From positions 7,669 through 71,668 of the forward strand of contig JAPPNP010000014.1 in assembly GCA_028873795.1 (NCBI GenBank): DNA of 64,000 nt, in the 5' to 3' direction. The position numbers were made by a program, and so were the translations under genes. The notes under the pieces are model-generated. The model did not search any database. It was given only the letters and a program-made list of their open reading frames with translations, and was not told where the DNA came from. The stretch is from Chloroflexota bacterium. GTDB lineage: Bacteria; Chloroflexota; UBA11872. Position 1 is the first letter of the stretch; the number at the start of each line of letters is the position of its first letter. Of the stretch, positions 27,076-36,755 are shown piece by piece.

Positions 27076-28134
27076 ATGTCGGCCACCATCGTCGGATGGG
27101 GAATGGCGGTCCCCGAACAGATCTGGACCAACGCCCATCTCGAGTCGATGGTCGACACCACGGACGCGTGGATCGTGTCTCGCACGGGCATCCGGCAGCG
27201 GCGAATTGCCGCCGATGGGGACACGACGTTCAGCCTGGGATATAGCGCCGCCACTCGCGCGCTGGCGCAGGCGGGACTCTCCGCGGCTGACGTCGACATG
27301 GTGATCGTGGCCACGCTCACGCCCGAGACCCCGATGCCAGCGACGGCCAACCTGATTCAAGACGCCATCGGGGCCCGCAGCGCCGGCGCGTTCGATCTGA
27401 ACGCCGCCTGCGCGGGCTTTACCTACGGGCTCGAAGTTGGACGCGCGCTCATTGACGCGGGGACGGTTCAGACGGTGCTGTTGATTGGCTCCGAGACAAT
27501 GTCACGGGTCGTCGACTGGACCGACCGCTCAACCTGCGTCCTGTTCGGTGACGGCGCCGGCGCGGTTGTCATGCAAGGCAGTGCCAGTGGCGGGATACGC
27601 GGCAACTCGCTGGGTTCCGACGGCAGCGGCGCCCCGTTGCTGCACATTCCGGCCGGCGGCAGCAAGCAACCCGCCAGCATGGACACAGTCCGTGACCGTC
27701 TGCACCTGCTCTCCATGAATGGGCGCGCGGTCTACAAGTTCGCCGTCAAAGCCACCGTCCGGGCGGCCGCCGTGGCCATGGCGCGCGCCGGCTGGCAGCC
27801 GAGCGATCTCGATCTCTTCATTCCGCACCAGGCCAATCTGCGCATCATCGACGCCGTCACCAACGAGCTTCGCCTGCCGGACGACCGGGTCATCGTCAAC
27901 GCCGACGTGTATGGCAATACGTCGTCCGCGTCCATCCCCATCGCACTCTGCGAGGCCCTCAGCCAGGGGCGCGTAGCGCCAGGTGACCGCCTGGTGCTGG
28001 TGGGCTTTGGGGCCGGGCTCTCCTGGGCCGCGGTGGCGGTGGAGTGGACGGCCCCCGTGGACACACCCGCGTCCGGGGTGGGCGCCGCCATCGATCGCAC
28101 GTCGGCATCGGCCTCGGCGCGCCGCGCGACCTAG
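27076..28134 (+). CDS. fabH: 3-oxoacyl-ACP synthase III
   Basis: ORF 26980..28134, trimmed to ATG 27076 behind GAGAGGA. Contains WI..RTGI..R, active-site Cys in NAACAGFTYGL, HQAN.RI and YGNTSSASIP. Confidence 0.9.
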   Translation: MSATIVGWGMAVPEQIWTNAHLESMVDTTDAWIVSRTGIRQRRIAADGDTTFSLGYSAATRALAQAGLSAADVDMVIVATLTPETPMPATANLIQDAIGARSAGAFDLNAACAGFTYGLEVGRALIDAGTVQTVLLIGSETMSRVVDWTDRSTCVLFGDGAGAVVMQGSASGGIRGNSLGSDGSGAPLLHIPAGGSKQPASMDTVRDRLHLLSMNGRAVYKFAVKATVRAAAVAMARAGWQPSDLDLFIPHQANLRIIDAVTNELRLPDDRVIVNADVYGNTSSASIPIALCEALSQGRVAPGDRLVLVGFGAGLSWAAVAVEWTAPVDTPASGVGAAIDRTSASASARRAT

Positions 28135-29330
28135 TCCGCCAGCGCCGCTTCCAGCCCTCGCACGAGTCGACGCGTGCCTTCTCGAATCTGGTCCTCGGGC
28201 AGATAGCTATACGCCAGCCGGATGTCGCGCCGCCGTGCACCGTCGGCGAAGCAGTGGTGCCCCGCCAGGTAGGTGACGCCGTGATCCTCGACCGTGCCAC
28301 GAATGGCCTCGCTGTCCACACCGTCGGGCAGCGTCAACCACACGAAGAAGCCTCCCACCGGACGAGTCCAGGTGCAGTCAAGCCGCGCCAGCGGCTCCAA
28401 CTCTTCGAGCATGGCGTCGCGCCGGTCGCGATAGAGCGTCCGCAGCGCCGGCACGCGTTCGGCCAAGGCGCCGCCACCAAGGTATTCCGCCGCTGCCCAG
28501 GCCGCGAAGGGACTGCTCGCACTGTCCGCTTTGAGGCTGCACATCGTGGCCACGTCATCCGGATCGGCTATCGCCCATCCGAGCCGCATGCCTCCGGCAA
28601 CGAGCTTGGAAAAGGTGCCCATTTTGATCACTCGCGCAGGCCCGGCCAGCTCGTACAACGCCGGCGGACGCTCGCCCTCGAAAATCAAATCTCCGTAGGC
28701 GTCGTCTTCGAGCAAGACCAGGTCGAGCCGTTCCGCGACGGCGGCGAGTTCCCGCCGCCGGACGTCCGAGGCATTCGTGCCGATTGGATTGTGGACCGTG
28801 GGCATGGTGTAGACGACGTTGGCTTCGACGCCGTCCGCTCGAAGTCGCCGCACCGTGCCTTCGAGCGCACCGGGGTCAATTCCCTGCTCGCCTGCCGGAA
28901 CCCCAACGACCTCCAGGCCGAGACCGCGCAGAAACCACAGGGCGCCGATGAACGTGGGGGACTCGACCAGAATGGTTCCGCCCGCCGGCACCAAAAGCCG
29001 CGCGGCGAGGACAATCGCCTGCGACGCCCCACTCGTGATGAGCACATTCTCCGGGCCCACCGGAAGGCCCTCGGTGGCTCGCACCCACTCGGCGACAAAA
29101 GCCCGCAGCGGCTCGGGACCGGAGACGGGGCCATACTGCAGCGCATCGGCATGCCGCTGCGCCATCAGATCGCCTGTCACTCGTCCGAGGTCGTCGTAAG
29201 GGAAACTCGCGGCATCCGGAAACCCGAAGGCCAGGCTCAGCACGCCGGGCCGCTGCATCGACCAGTTTGGGCGGAGCGGATTTTGCTCCATCGACCGGGC
29301 GACCGGACTGTGAAAGCGGCTAAGGCTCAT
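28131..29330 (-). CDS. class-I/II PLP-dependent aminotransferase (AspC/LysN/MocR-catalytic-domain-like)
   Basis: 399 aa with YGP..G...LR, ITSGASQA, P.YIGA, NP.G and the SFSKL.A.G.R.G Lys motif. Confidence 0.75.
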   Translation of the reverse strand: MSLSRFHSPVARSMEQNPLRPNWSMQRPGVLSLAFGFPDAASFPYDDLGRVTGDLMAQRHADALQYGPVSGPEPLRAFVAEWVRATEGLPVGPENVLITSGASQAIVLAARLLVPAGGTILVESPTFIGALWFLRGLGLEVVGVPAGEQGIDPGALEGTVRRLRADGVEANVVYTMPTVHNPIGTNASDVRRRELAAVAERLDLVLLEDDAYGDLIFEGERPPALYELAGPARVIKMGTFSKLVAGGMRLGWAIADPDDVATMCSLKADSASSPFAAWAAAEYLGGGALAERVPALRTLYRDRRDAMLEELEPLARLDCTWTRPVGGFFVWLTLPDGVDSEAIRGTVEDHGVTYLAGHHCFADGARRRDIRLAYSYLPEDQIREGTRRLVRGLEAALAD

Positions 29331-29399
29331 TCACCGATCGTATCAGCGCGGACAGGCGACTCCCGGTACCATCCGCAGGCAGACCCCCGGGACACCCAG

Positions 29400-29930
29400 A
29401 TGGTCTCGCAGCGACTTTGGAGCCCGTGGCGATTGGAGTATGTGGCAGCGGCGGCCGACAAGACGTCGGACTGCCCGTTTTGCACCGACCGCCAGACCGC
29501 GGCCGGACTCCCAGAGCTTGTCGTGAGGGCCGGACGGCTCGCGTACGCCACTCTCAATCTGTTTCCCTATAACAACGGGCACCTCATGGTGCTGCCCTAC
29601 CGGCACGTGGCGGACATCGTTGACCTGAGCTCCGAGGAAGCCGCCGACCTGATGCACCTGCTGACGCAGGGTCGAAGGGCGCTGGGCGACGCCCTGGGAC
29701 CCGATGCGTTCAACGTGGGCATGAACCTCGGCCGCGCCGCTGGCGCCGGCATCCCCGCCCACTTGCACTTTCACCTCGTGCCCCGCTGGGAGGGCGATAC
29801 CAGCTTCATGGCCGTAACCGCCGATACGAAGGTCCTGCCCGAGTCGCTCGACCAGACGAAGCGCCGGCTGATCGAGGCGTGGCCGACGGGCGACGAAACT
29901 CAGTCGGCTACGCCGCCCGGAGCAGGCTGA
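29400..29930 (+). CDS. HIT family nucleotide hydrolase/transferase
   Basis: Only the last 177 codons of ORF 28044..29930 look real, starting at ATG 29400. They carry CPFC, LNLFPYNNGHLMV.P and the histidine triad HLHFHLVPRW. Confidence 0.85.
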   Translation: MVSQRLWSPWRLEYVAAAADKTSDCPFCTDRQTAAGLPELVVRAGRLAYATLNLFPYNNGHLMVLPYRHVADIVDLSSEEAADLMHLLTQGRRALGDALGPDAFNVGMNLGRAAGAGIPAHLHFHLVPRWEGDTSFMAVTADTKVLPESLDQTKRRLIEAWPTGDETQSATPPGAG

Positions 29931-30522
29931 CGCGTTCCGGCGCCGGCTCGAAGCCGGGCGTGGCGCCGGGCAGCACGCCAAACTTGCCCACCGGCCAGTA
30001 CACCAGCCAGACTTTTCCGACGATCGACGCCTCCGGCACGATGCCAAAGCTCCGCGAATCGATGCTCTGGCCGCGGTTGTCGCCAAGGACGAAATAGGCC
30101 TGATCGGGAACGACCAGGCTGCGGCCCGCTCGGGTGCCCGTGACGCCGGCAAAATACTCGTCCTCGGCGAGCCTGCGTCCGTCCACATAGACCCCACCGT
30201 CGTGGAACTCCACGGTTTCGTTGGGTAGCCCGATAATGCGCTTCACCAGGTCTTCGTCGGGCTTGGCCGGGGATCGAAACACGACCACATCGCCACGGTT
30301 GGGCGTCGCGGCGACGTAGGCCAGCTTGTTCACGAGGAGAAACTCGCCATTCTCCAGCGCGGGAACCATGCTGCCGCCGTCAACGCGAAAGTTTTGCACC
30401 ACCATTCGCGTGCCGAAGAATATGAGCAGTGCCAAGAGCACCGTTTCCGTAATCTCGAGCATCACACTGCTATTGCGCCGCAGCACCGCCGGAGTCATTC
30501 CCCATGAGAAGGACGGCCCCAA
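29908..30522 (-). CDS. lepB: signal peptidase I
   Basis: TM anchor, then GGSMVP (catalytic Ser), GD.VVF, VKRIIGLP.E and Y.VLGDNR..S.DSR. The start may be an internal Met. Confidence 0.9.
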   Translation of the reverse strand: MGPSFSWGMTPAVLRRNSSVMLEITETVLLALLIFFGTRMVVQNFRVDGGSMVPALENGEFLLVNKLAYVAATPNRGDVVVFRSPAKPDEDLVKRIIGLPNETVEFHDGGVYVDGRRLAEDEYFAGVTGTRAGRSLVVPDQAYFVLGDNRGQSIDSRSFGIVPEASIVGKVWLVYWPVGKFGVLPGATPGFEPAPERVSLLRAA

Positions 30523-30592
30523 CCGGGCGCGCCCGCCACGAGTATAGGCAGCGGCTGGCCGCGGGCGGGAACCAAGTCATGGGACCGCGGTC

Positions 30593-31540
30593 GTGAGCAC
30601 CTCGTCGCATCGCGTCGTTGTTCCGCCGTCCGCGGCCGGACGCCGGTTGGACCGCTACGTCGCCGATGTCGCCCCGGCGCTGAGTCGGTCGCACGCCGCG
30701 CGACTGATCCAGGCACGGCGCGTCCTGGTGAATGACCAGCCGCGAGACCCTGACTATCGCGTTGCGACCGGCGACCGCGTCGTGGTTGCCGTCTCGGAGA
30801 CCCGCGACACGCTGACACCCGACTCCCGCCCGTTGTCACTGTTACTCGAGACGCCCGATCTGGTCGCGGTCGACAAGCCGTGCGGGCTGGTCATGCATCC
30901 GGGAGCGGCCGATGAGCCGGCAACTCTCGCGCATCGACTCGTCGCTCACTACCCGGAGTTGGCCCATGTGGGCAATCCGCGTCGCCCCGGAATCGTCCAT
31001 CGACTGGACCGCGACACATCGGGCGTGGTGCTGATCGCGCGGAGCGAAACTGCCTACCAGGCGCTCCAACTGGCGTTCGAGCAGCGGAGGGTCGAAAAGC
31101 GATATCTGGCCGTCGTGCACGGCCATCCGACCGTATCCGCCGCCGAGATCGATGCCCCCATCGGCCGCCACCCCAACCGCCGCACCCTGATGGCCGTCAC
31201 ACGCGCCGGGCGCCCGTCCCGCACGACGTATGCCACGCTGGCGTCGAGCGCCGCCGCCACGCTGCTCGAGGTTCGCCCGCACACGGGGCGGACCCACCAA
31301 ATCCGGGTTCACCTGGAATCCATCGGCCATCCGGTGCTGGGCGATCCGCGCTACGGACCGCAGCCGCCGTCAGCCAACCGCCTCCTGCTGCACGCCTGGA
31401 CGCTGGAGTTCACCGATCCGGCGGGCGACCGCTGGCGGGTCGCAGCCCCGCCGCCCGCGGACATGCGGCGTGAACTGCACGAGTTCGATCTCGAGCTGCC
31501 GCCAACGCCGACTACGACGCAGCTGCCAAGGGCGAGTTGA
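30593..31540 (+). CDS. rluD: RluA-family 23S rRNA pseudouridine synthase (RluD-like)
   Basis: N-terminal S4 domain (RLDRYVA ... SRS.AARLI), then HRLDRDTSGV and TGRTHQIRVHL. Confidence 0.9.
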   Translation: MSTSSHRVVVPPSAAGRRLDRYVADVAPALSRSHAARLIQARRVLVNDQPRDPDYRVATGDRVVVAVSETRDTLTPDSRPLSLLLETPDLVAVDKPCGLVMHPGAADEPATLAHRLVAHYPELAHVGNPRRPGIVHRLDRDTSGVVLIARSETAYQALQLAFEQRRVEKRYLAVVHGHPTVSAAEIDAPIGRHPNRRTLMAVTRAGRPSRTTYATLASSAAATLLEVRPHTGRTHQIRVHLESIGHPVLGDPRYGPQPPSANRLLLHAWTLEFTDPAGDRWRVAAPPPADMRRELHEFDLELPPTPTTTQLPRAS

Positions 31541-31541
31541 G

Positions 31542-32399
31542 CTAGCCGCTCACCGCCGGCTCGGCGCCAGCTTGGCCGTCGGCGGCCTCCGGTTCATCTT
31601 CAGGCGCCGCCACGCGGGCCAGCACCACGCCGATCTCATAGAGCGCGTAGACCGGCACGGCCACCGATAGCTGCGTAAAGGGATCTGGCGTCGGGGTAAT
31701 TACGGCGGCCAGGATCACAATCGCGACGATGGCGTAGCGGCGGTACTTGCCCAGGGTGCTGGCCTTCACGACGCCGATCTTTGCCAAGGCAAAGATGAAG
31801 AACGGCGTTTCGAAGGCGATGCCAACCGCCAGCAGAATCCGCAGGACGAAGGTGACCCAGGTTGCGACGGTGAACTCCGTCGCGATCGATCTCGGCGCGA
31901 AGCCCGCCAAAAACCCAACCGTGAAGCGCAAGACCACGAACCACGCGAACGCCGCCCCGATGAGGAACGCCACCGCGATTGCCGGGATGCTCATGTAGAG
32001 CCAGCGCCTCTCATGCGCGTAGAGACCGGGCGCCACGTAAGCCAGGACCTGGTACAGCACGATGGGACTGGCGATGCCCAGGCCGACGATGATCGAAATC
32101 ATGAAAAACGTGAACAGGGTCTCGGTGGGGGAAATCTGCTGCAGGATGGCGCCGCGCGGCAGCGGATACTGCACGACCTCGAACACGAAATCCTTGAACG
32201 GCCAGACGATCAGGCTGGCCACGATGACGGCCAGCACGGCGATCGTGAGTCGCGTGCGGAGCTCCTGGAGGTGCTCGCGCAGCGTCATCACGCCGCCGGT
32301 TTCTTCGTCCTCCGGCTCCTGAGGCTCTTCCGCCGGCGCCAGCGGTTGCTCGTCCGGCTCCTGCGGTGGTTCGTCGGGTCGGTCCGCGTCCATGGCCAA
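31542..32399 (-). CDS. tatC: twin-arginine translocase subunit TatC
   Basis: HL.ELR.RL, six TM helices and TP.D..TQ. The first ~37 codons encode an acidic Pro/Glu-rich stretch, so the true start could be the ATG at 32288. Confidence 0.85.
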   Translation of the reverse strand: MAMDADRPDEPPQEPDEQPLAPAEEPQEPEDEETGGVMTLREHLQELRTRLTIAVLAVIVASLIVWPFKDFVFEVVQYPLPRGAILQQISPTETLFTFFMISIIVGLGIASPIVLYQVLAYVAPGLYAHERRWLYMSIPAIAVAFLIGAAFAWFVVLRFTVGFLAGFAPRSIATEFTVATWVTFVLRILLAVGIAFETPFFIFALAKIGVVKASTLGKYRRYAIVAIVILAAVITPTPDPFTQLSVAVPVYALYEIGVVLARVAAPEDEPEAADGQAGAEPAVSG

Positions 32400-32408
32400 G
32401 CCTACTGC

Positions 32409-32840
32409 CTACGACGCCGGCGAGTCGGCCCGGCGCCGCACGTGCGTGCCCAATGCGCCGTTGACGAGGCGCCGCCCACCTTCCGTGCAGTACTGCTTTG
32501 CAAGCTCCACCGCCTCGTTGATCGCCACCGCCGGCGGCACGCGCCCAGAGTCGATCTCCGCAATGCCAATTCGCAAAATGGCCACCTCGAGCTGGGCCAT
32601 CTGCGCGATGGGCCAAGCGGGAGCCAACTCGCTGATTGTCGCATCTAGATCACCCGAACGAGCGGCAACCTCCTGAATAAGAGTCTCGGCGTAGGCCCGC
32701 GCGTCAGCCGCCAGTCCCAGCTCGTGCTGCCGCGACGTGTAGAGCGCCACCGGATCGCCACCGCGAATCGCCGCTTCGAACAACAGGCGCATGGCGGCTT
32801 CGCGGGCGGCACGTCGGTCGCGACGCGGGCGGGCAGCCAC
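32409..32840 (-). CDS. nusB: transcription antitermination factor NusB
   Basis: 143 aa with AR..A...L and ILR....E....VP..V.INEAVELAK. Confidence 0.9.
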   Translation of the reverse strand: MAARPRRDRRAAREAAMRLLFEAAIRGGDPVALYTSRQHELGLAADARAYAETLIQEVAARSGDLDATISELAPAWPIAQMAQLEVAILRIGIAEIDSGRVPPAVAINEAVELAKQYCTEGGRRLVNGALGTHVRRRADSPAS

Positions 32841-32842
32841 TG

Positions 32843-34201
32843 CTAGGCCGTGACGCCGGCCACCCGGTCCTGCAGGGCCTCGACGTAGCCCACGTCGTAG
32901 GAGCCTTCGGCAAACTGCGCGTCGTCCAGCACCGCCTGGTGAAAGGCCAAGTTTGTGGCCGGGCCTTCGACCACCGTCTCGGCCAGGGCGCGGCGGGCGC
33001 GTTCCAGCGCCTCCGCCCGAGTCTCGCCCCAGACGATGAGCTTCGCCAGCAACGAATCGTAGAACGGCGGCACCTCATAGCCGGCGAAAATGTGGGTATC
33101 CACGCGGACGCCATAGCCGCCCGGAAGATGAAGCCGCGTGATTCGCCCGGAATCCGGGCGGAAGTCCCGCGTCGGATCTTCGGCGGTCAATCGGAACTCC
33201 ACCGCGTGGCCGTTGCGGCCCACGTCGTCTTGCCACAGGTCGAGCGTCTCGCCGCCGGCGATTCGGAGCTGCGCGCCAACCACGTCGAGACCGGTGATCG
33301 CTTCGGTGATGGGGTGCTCGACCTGAATGCGCGCATTGGCCTCCATGAAGAAGAATTCGCCGTTCGCGTCGACCAGGAACTCAACGGTGCCCGCGCTGCG
33401 GTAGCCCACGGCGTGCATCAGCCGCACCGCCGCCTGTGTGATTCGTTCGCTCAGGCCGTTCGGCAAGTTGGGCGCCGGGGCCTCCTCGACGAGCTTCTGA
33501 TAGCGGCGCTGAATGGAGCACTCCCGATGCCACGCGTGGATCACCGACGTGCTGTCGCCGATGACTTGAACCTCCACGTGGCGCGGCGCTTGGATCAACC
33601 TCTCGACGTAGATATCCCCGCTGCCGAATGAGGCGCGCGCTTCGGCCTGCGCCAGCGAGAATAGACCGGTCAATTCGTCGGGATCGCTCACGGGCCGAAT
33701 GCCGCGCCCCCCGCCGCCGGCGGCTGCCTTGAGTACGACCGGGAATCCGATCTCGCGCGCGACCTCGCGAGCATGGGTGGCATCGCGCACCGGTTCCTCG
33801 GACCCCGGCACGACCGGCAAGCCGGCAGCCGCGGCCGCCGCGCGGGCTTGCACCTTGTCGCCCAGGGCTCGAATGGTGTCTGGATCCGGCCCCACGAACG
33901 TCAGGTTGTAGCGGGCGCACACCTCGGCGAAGTAGGCATTCTCAGCCAGGAACCCGGCGCCGGGGTGCACCGAGTCCGCGCCCGTGTTGAGCGCCGCGCC
34001 GATGATGTTGGGGACGTTCAGGTAGCTCGCGCTCGAGGCCGCGGGACCGATGCAAACCGTCTCATCGGCCATCTGCACCGGAAGACTGTCGGCATCGGCC
34101 TCCGAGTAAATGGCCACCGTCCCGATCCCCAGGTCGTGACACGCCCGAATGACTCGCACGGCCATTTCGCCGCGGTTGGCCACCAGCACTTTTTCAAGCA
34201 C
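32843..34201 (-). CDS. accC: acetyl-CoA carboxylase biotin carboxylase subunit
   Basis: 452 aa with KVLVANRGE.AVR, ATP-grasp GGGG.G, HVEVQ and EMN.R.QVEHP.TE. Confidence 0.95.
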   Translation of the reverse strand: MLEKVLVANRGEMAVRVIRACHDLGIGTVAIYSEADADSLPVQMADETVCIGPAASSASYLNVPNIIGAALNTGADSVHPGAGFLAENAYFAEVCARYNLTFVGPDPDTIRALGDKVQARAAAAAAGLPVVPGSEEPVRDATHAREVAREIGFPVVLKAAAGGGGRGIRPVSDPDELTGLFSLAQAEARASFGSGDIYVERLIQAPRHVEVQVIGDSTSVIHAWHRECSIQRRYQKLVEEAPAPNLPNGLSERITQAAVRLMHAVGYRSAGTVEFLVDANGEFFFMEANARIQVEHPITEAITGLDVVGAQLRIAGGETLDLWQDDVGRNGHAVEFRLTAEDPTRDFRPDSGRITRLHLPGGYGVRVDTHIFAGYEVPPFYDSLLAKLIVWGETRAEALERARRALAETVVEGPATNLAFHQAVLDDAQFAEGSYDVGYVEALQDRVAGVTA

Positions 34202-34207
34202 TCGGCG

Positions 34208-34972
34208 TCATCCCATGTGGAGGCCGCCGTCGATCGTCATGACCTGCCCGGTGATGTAGGAAGCGTCGCTGGATGCCAGAAACGCCACCGCGCCCGCCAC
34301 GTCGTCAGGCGTGGCGAAGCGCCCCAGGGGGATGCGGTCGATGATCCACTCGCGAAGCTCCCCCTCCAGGTCATCGGTCAACGGCGAGATGACGAACCCT
34401 GGGGCGACGGCATTGACGGTGATTCCGCGAGCGGCCACTTCGCGCGCCAGGGCGAGGGTGAATCCCACCAATCCGGCCTTGGCGGCGGCGTAGTTCGTCT
34501 GGCCGGCGTTGCCCCCAGTGCCCGCGACCGAGGAGATGTTGATGATTCGCCCGTCGCGCTGGCGCAGCATGCCCCGCACGGCCCGCCGGGAGCAGGCGAA
34601 CGCGGAGCGCAGATTCGTGCGGATCACGTCGTCCCAGTCCTCGTCCCGCATTCGCATCAGCAGCGAGTCGCGGATGATGCCGGCGTTGTTGATCAGGACG
34701 TCCAACCCACCCAAGACGCGAATGGCCTCATCCACGACTTGGTTGGCGCCCTCGGTGGTCGAAAGCTCGCCGCCCACGACCACGGCGGAGCCGCCCGCGT
34801 CCTGGATTTCGGAGGCGAGCGCTCGAGCCTTGGCTTCGTTGCGGTTGTAGTGCAGCACCAGGCGTGCGCCTTCAGCCCCCAAGCGACGAGCGTACGCCTC
34901 ACCCAGCGCGCCCGAAGCCCCGGTGATCAACGTCCGCCTGCCGGTCAGGCGGCCAGCTATGGGGTCAGACAT
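34208..34972 (-). CDS. fabG: 3-oxoacyl-ACP reductase
   Basis: ORF trimmed to ATG 34972, overlapping the fabD stop by 8 nt. Carries TGASGALG, NNAGI and the YAAAKAG catalytic YxxxK. Confidence 0.9.
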   Translation of the reverse strand: MSDPIAGRLTGRRTLITGASGALGEAYARRLGAEGARLVLHYNRNEAKARALASEIQDAGGSAVVVGGELSTTEGANQVVDEAIRVLGGLDVLINNAGIIRDSLLMRMRDEDWDDVIRTNLRSAFACSRRAVRGMLRQRDGRIINISSVAGTGGNAGQTNYAAAKAGLVGFTLALAREVAARGITVNAVAPGFVISPLTDDLEGELREWIIDRIPLGRFATPDDVAGAVAFLASSDASYITGQVMTIDGGLHMG

Positions 34973-35963
34973 TGCGCAATTCCTTCGCCGCGGCGTCGGC
35001 CGAATCAGCATCGTAGACGTTGAGCAGGGAAACGTCTTGCCCAGTGCGGCGCAGCATGCTCGTCAGCAGGCCTTTGTGACCGAACTCCACGATGTGGGTC
35101 ACGCCCAGCGCCACGAGTGTGCCCACGCCGCGCCACCACTGCAACGGGGCGGCCACATGCTCGGCAAGCTCCACGCGCAACTCGGCGGCCGTGCGCAACG
35201 GCTGGCCGTCCATATTGGCGATCACCGGAGCTCGGGGATCCACAAGCGGGGCCGCCAGCAGGCGTTCCCGCATAGTGTCACGCGCCGGCAGCATGGCGGC
35301 CGTGTGAAACGCCCCGGACACCTCCAACGGCACGACCCGGCGCGCGCCGGCCGCCTTTGCCGCCGCCGGCAACTCACCCAACGACGCCAGGTCTCCCCCG
35401 ACAACCACCTGGCCGGGCGTGTTGATATTGGCCACCGAGAGGTAGCTTCCCGGAATTCGTGCGCGGATCTCACCAACGACGCTCTCAGTCAATTCGGGAT
35501 CCAGGCCCAGGACGGCACTCATTCGTCCCGGGCGGCGCCCCGCGGCCTGCTGCATGGCCGCTCCGCGCGTCGCCACCATGGCCATCGTGGTGTGGATGTC
35601 GAGCGACCCGCCGACGGCAACGGCGGCCCATAGGCCAACGCTGTGCCCGGCTAAGGCGGCGACTGGTATGGCATGGCCATCGCCGAGCGCCGTGTGCTCA
35701 CTGCCAAGGGCCTCGCTGAAGGCCGCAAACGCCGCCAGGGACGCCGCCACGACCGCCGGCTGCTGCACGCGGGTCGGGCGCAAGGCTTCCGCCGGTCCAT
35801 GGAAGCAGAGCGCGGCCAGGTCCTCGCCAACGGCCGCATTCGCCGTGGCGAACACGTCGCGGGCGGCGCTGGATCGGTCGAAAAGGTCCGCGCCCATGCC
35901 GACCGCTTGGGCGCCCTGTCCCGGAAAGACGTAGGCGACCCCTGGCCTGGCGGCGGTCGTCAC
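34965..35963 (-). CDS. fabD: malonyl CoA-ACP transacylase
   Basis: FPGQGAQ..GM, active-site GHSVGLWAA and GAFH. Confidence 0.9.
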   Translation of the reverse strand: MTTAARPGVAYVFPGQGAQAVGMGADLFDRSSAARDVFATANAAVGEDLAALCFHGPAEALRPTRVQQPAVVAASLAAFAAFSEALGSEHTALGDGHAIPVAALAGHSVGLWAAVAVGGSLDIHTTMAMVATRGAAMQQAAGRRPGRMSAVLGLDPELTESVVGEIRARIPGSYLSVANINTPGQVVVGGDLASLGELPAAAKAAGARRVVPLEVSGAFHTAAMLPARDTMRERLLAAPLVDPRAPVIANMDGQPLRTAAELRVELAEHVAAPLQWWRGVGTLVALGVTHIVEFGHKGLLTSMLRRTGQDVSLLNVYDADSADAAAKELRNV

Positions 35964-35978
35964 CGCCGGCCGCGCCCG

Positions 35979-36179
35979 CTACCGATACTTGGCAGCCTGC
36001 TCGCGCGGCTCGACGACCACCGTGCCACGCAGATTGCCGCAGACCACACAGACATGGTGGCTTCGCATCAGGGCGTGACAGGTTGGACAGCGCACGAGTG
36101 TCGGGCTGGCGAGGCGGATTTGGTTTCGACGCCGTCGGCGACGCGAGCGTGTTAGCCGACGTTTAGGTTGGGCTCCCAT
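35979..36179 (-). CDS. rpmF: 50S ribosomal protein L32
   Basis: 66 aa. Basic N-terminus (PKRR.TRSRRR.RR) and C..C......H..C..CG. Confidence 0.9.
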   Translation of the reverse strand: MGAQPKRRLTRSRRRRRRNQIRLASPTLVRCPTCHALMRSHHVCVVCGNLRGTVVVEPREQAAKYR

Positions 36180-36191
36180 AGGCTCCCATTA

Positions 36192-36755
36192 TCACTTAGT
36201 TCCCGGCAGATCAGGAAACATTGTGGCGCGAAGCTCCGCCAACCGGCTCCAGCGCGGATCGATGGCCGCTTCCGGCGGCCCTTCCGCGGTCTCCAGGCCG
36301 GGACAGGCCGACCGACAGACGGGCATGAGCGGCAGCGCGGCAATGACGCCCTCGGCCAACAACGGCGTGAGGTCCAGATTGTGGCGATCATCCAAGGGCC
36401 AAACGGCCTCCAGCCCCGATTCCTCGGTCGCGGCGTCACTCGGGTCGATCAAGAATTCGCCGTCGGCCTCGAAGCGCACGGTCTGACGGGCCGGCTCGAG
36501 ACATCGCGCGCAAGGTTGCTCGATCGGCGCCTCGAAGTCGCCGGTGGCATGAATGGCCTCGCGCAAGCGCACCAGGTGCACCTGACCCACCACGGGGCCG
36601 ACCAGCTCCGGGAGGTCCAGCGCCTCCGGCGGAGCGAGCACATCCTGCTTCCGGCTGGTCCCGGGCGGCTCGCGCACGAAGGCCGCGACATTGAAGACGA
36701 AGTCGTTCACGATGACGGGGCGGGTGAGCGGCCTATACGGTCTCTTCTTCGCCAA
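36192..36755 (-). CDS. yceD: DUF177/YceD family protein
   Basis: 187 aa, acidic, with a C..CL cysteine pair. The conserved position immediately upstream of rpmF supports the call. Confidence 0.75.
   Translation of the reverse strand: MAKKRPYRPLTRPVIVNDFVFNVAAFVREPPGTSRKQDVLAPPEALDLPELVGPVVGQVHLVRLREAIHATGDFEAPIEQPCARCLEPARQTVRFEADGEFLIDPSDAATEESGLEAVWPLDDRHNLDLTPLLAEGVIAALPLMPVCRSACPGLETAEGPPEAAIDPRWSRLAELRATMFPDLPGTK

Noticed and set aside
28044-29399. N-terminal ~450 codons of the 628-aa plus-strand ORF 28044..29930
   Set aside because: This part is antisense to a well-supported PLP aminotransferase gene and is Arg/Gly/His/Pro-rich, as expected for off-frame high-GC sequence. Only the last 177 codons, from ATG 29400, carry HIT-family motifs.
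32288-32399. Acidic Pro/Glu-rich 37-residue N-terminal extension of TatC (DADRPDEPPQEPDEQPLAPAEEPQEPEDEETGG)
   Set aside because: It may simply reflect an over-extended start call, because ATG 32288 gives a standard TatC N-terminus. Low-complexity tails are common, and there is no evidence of function.
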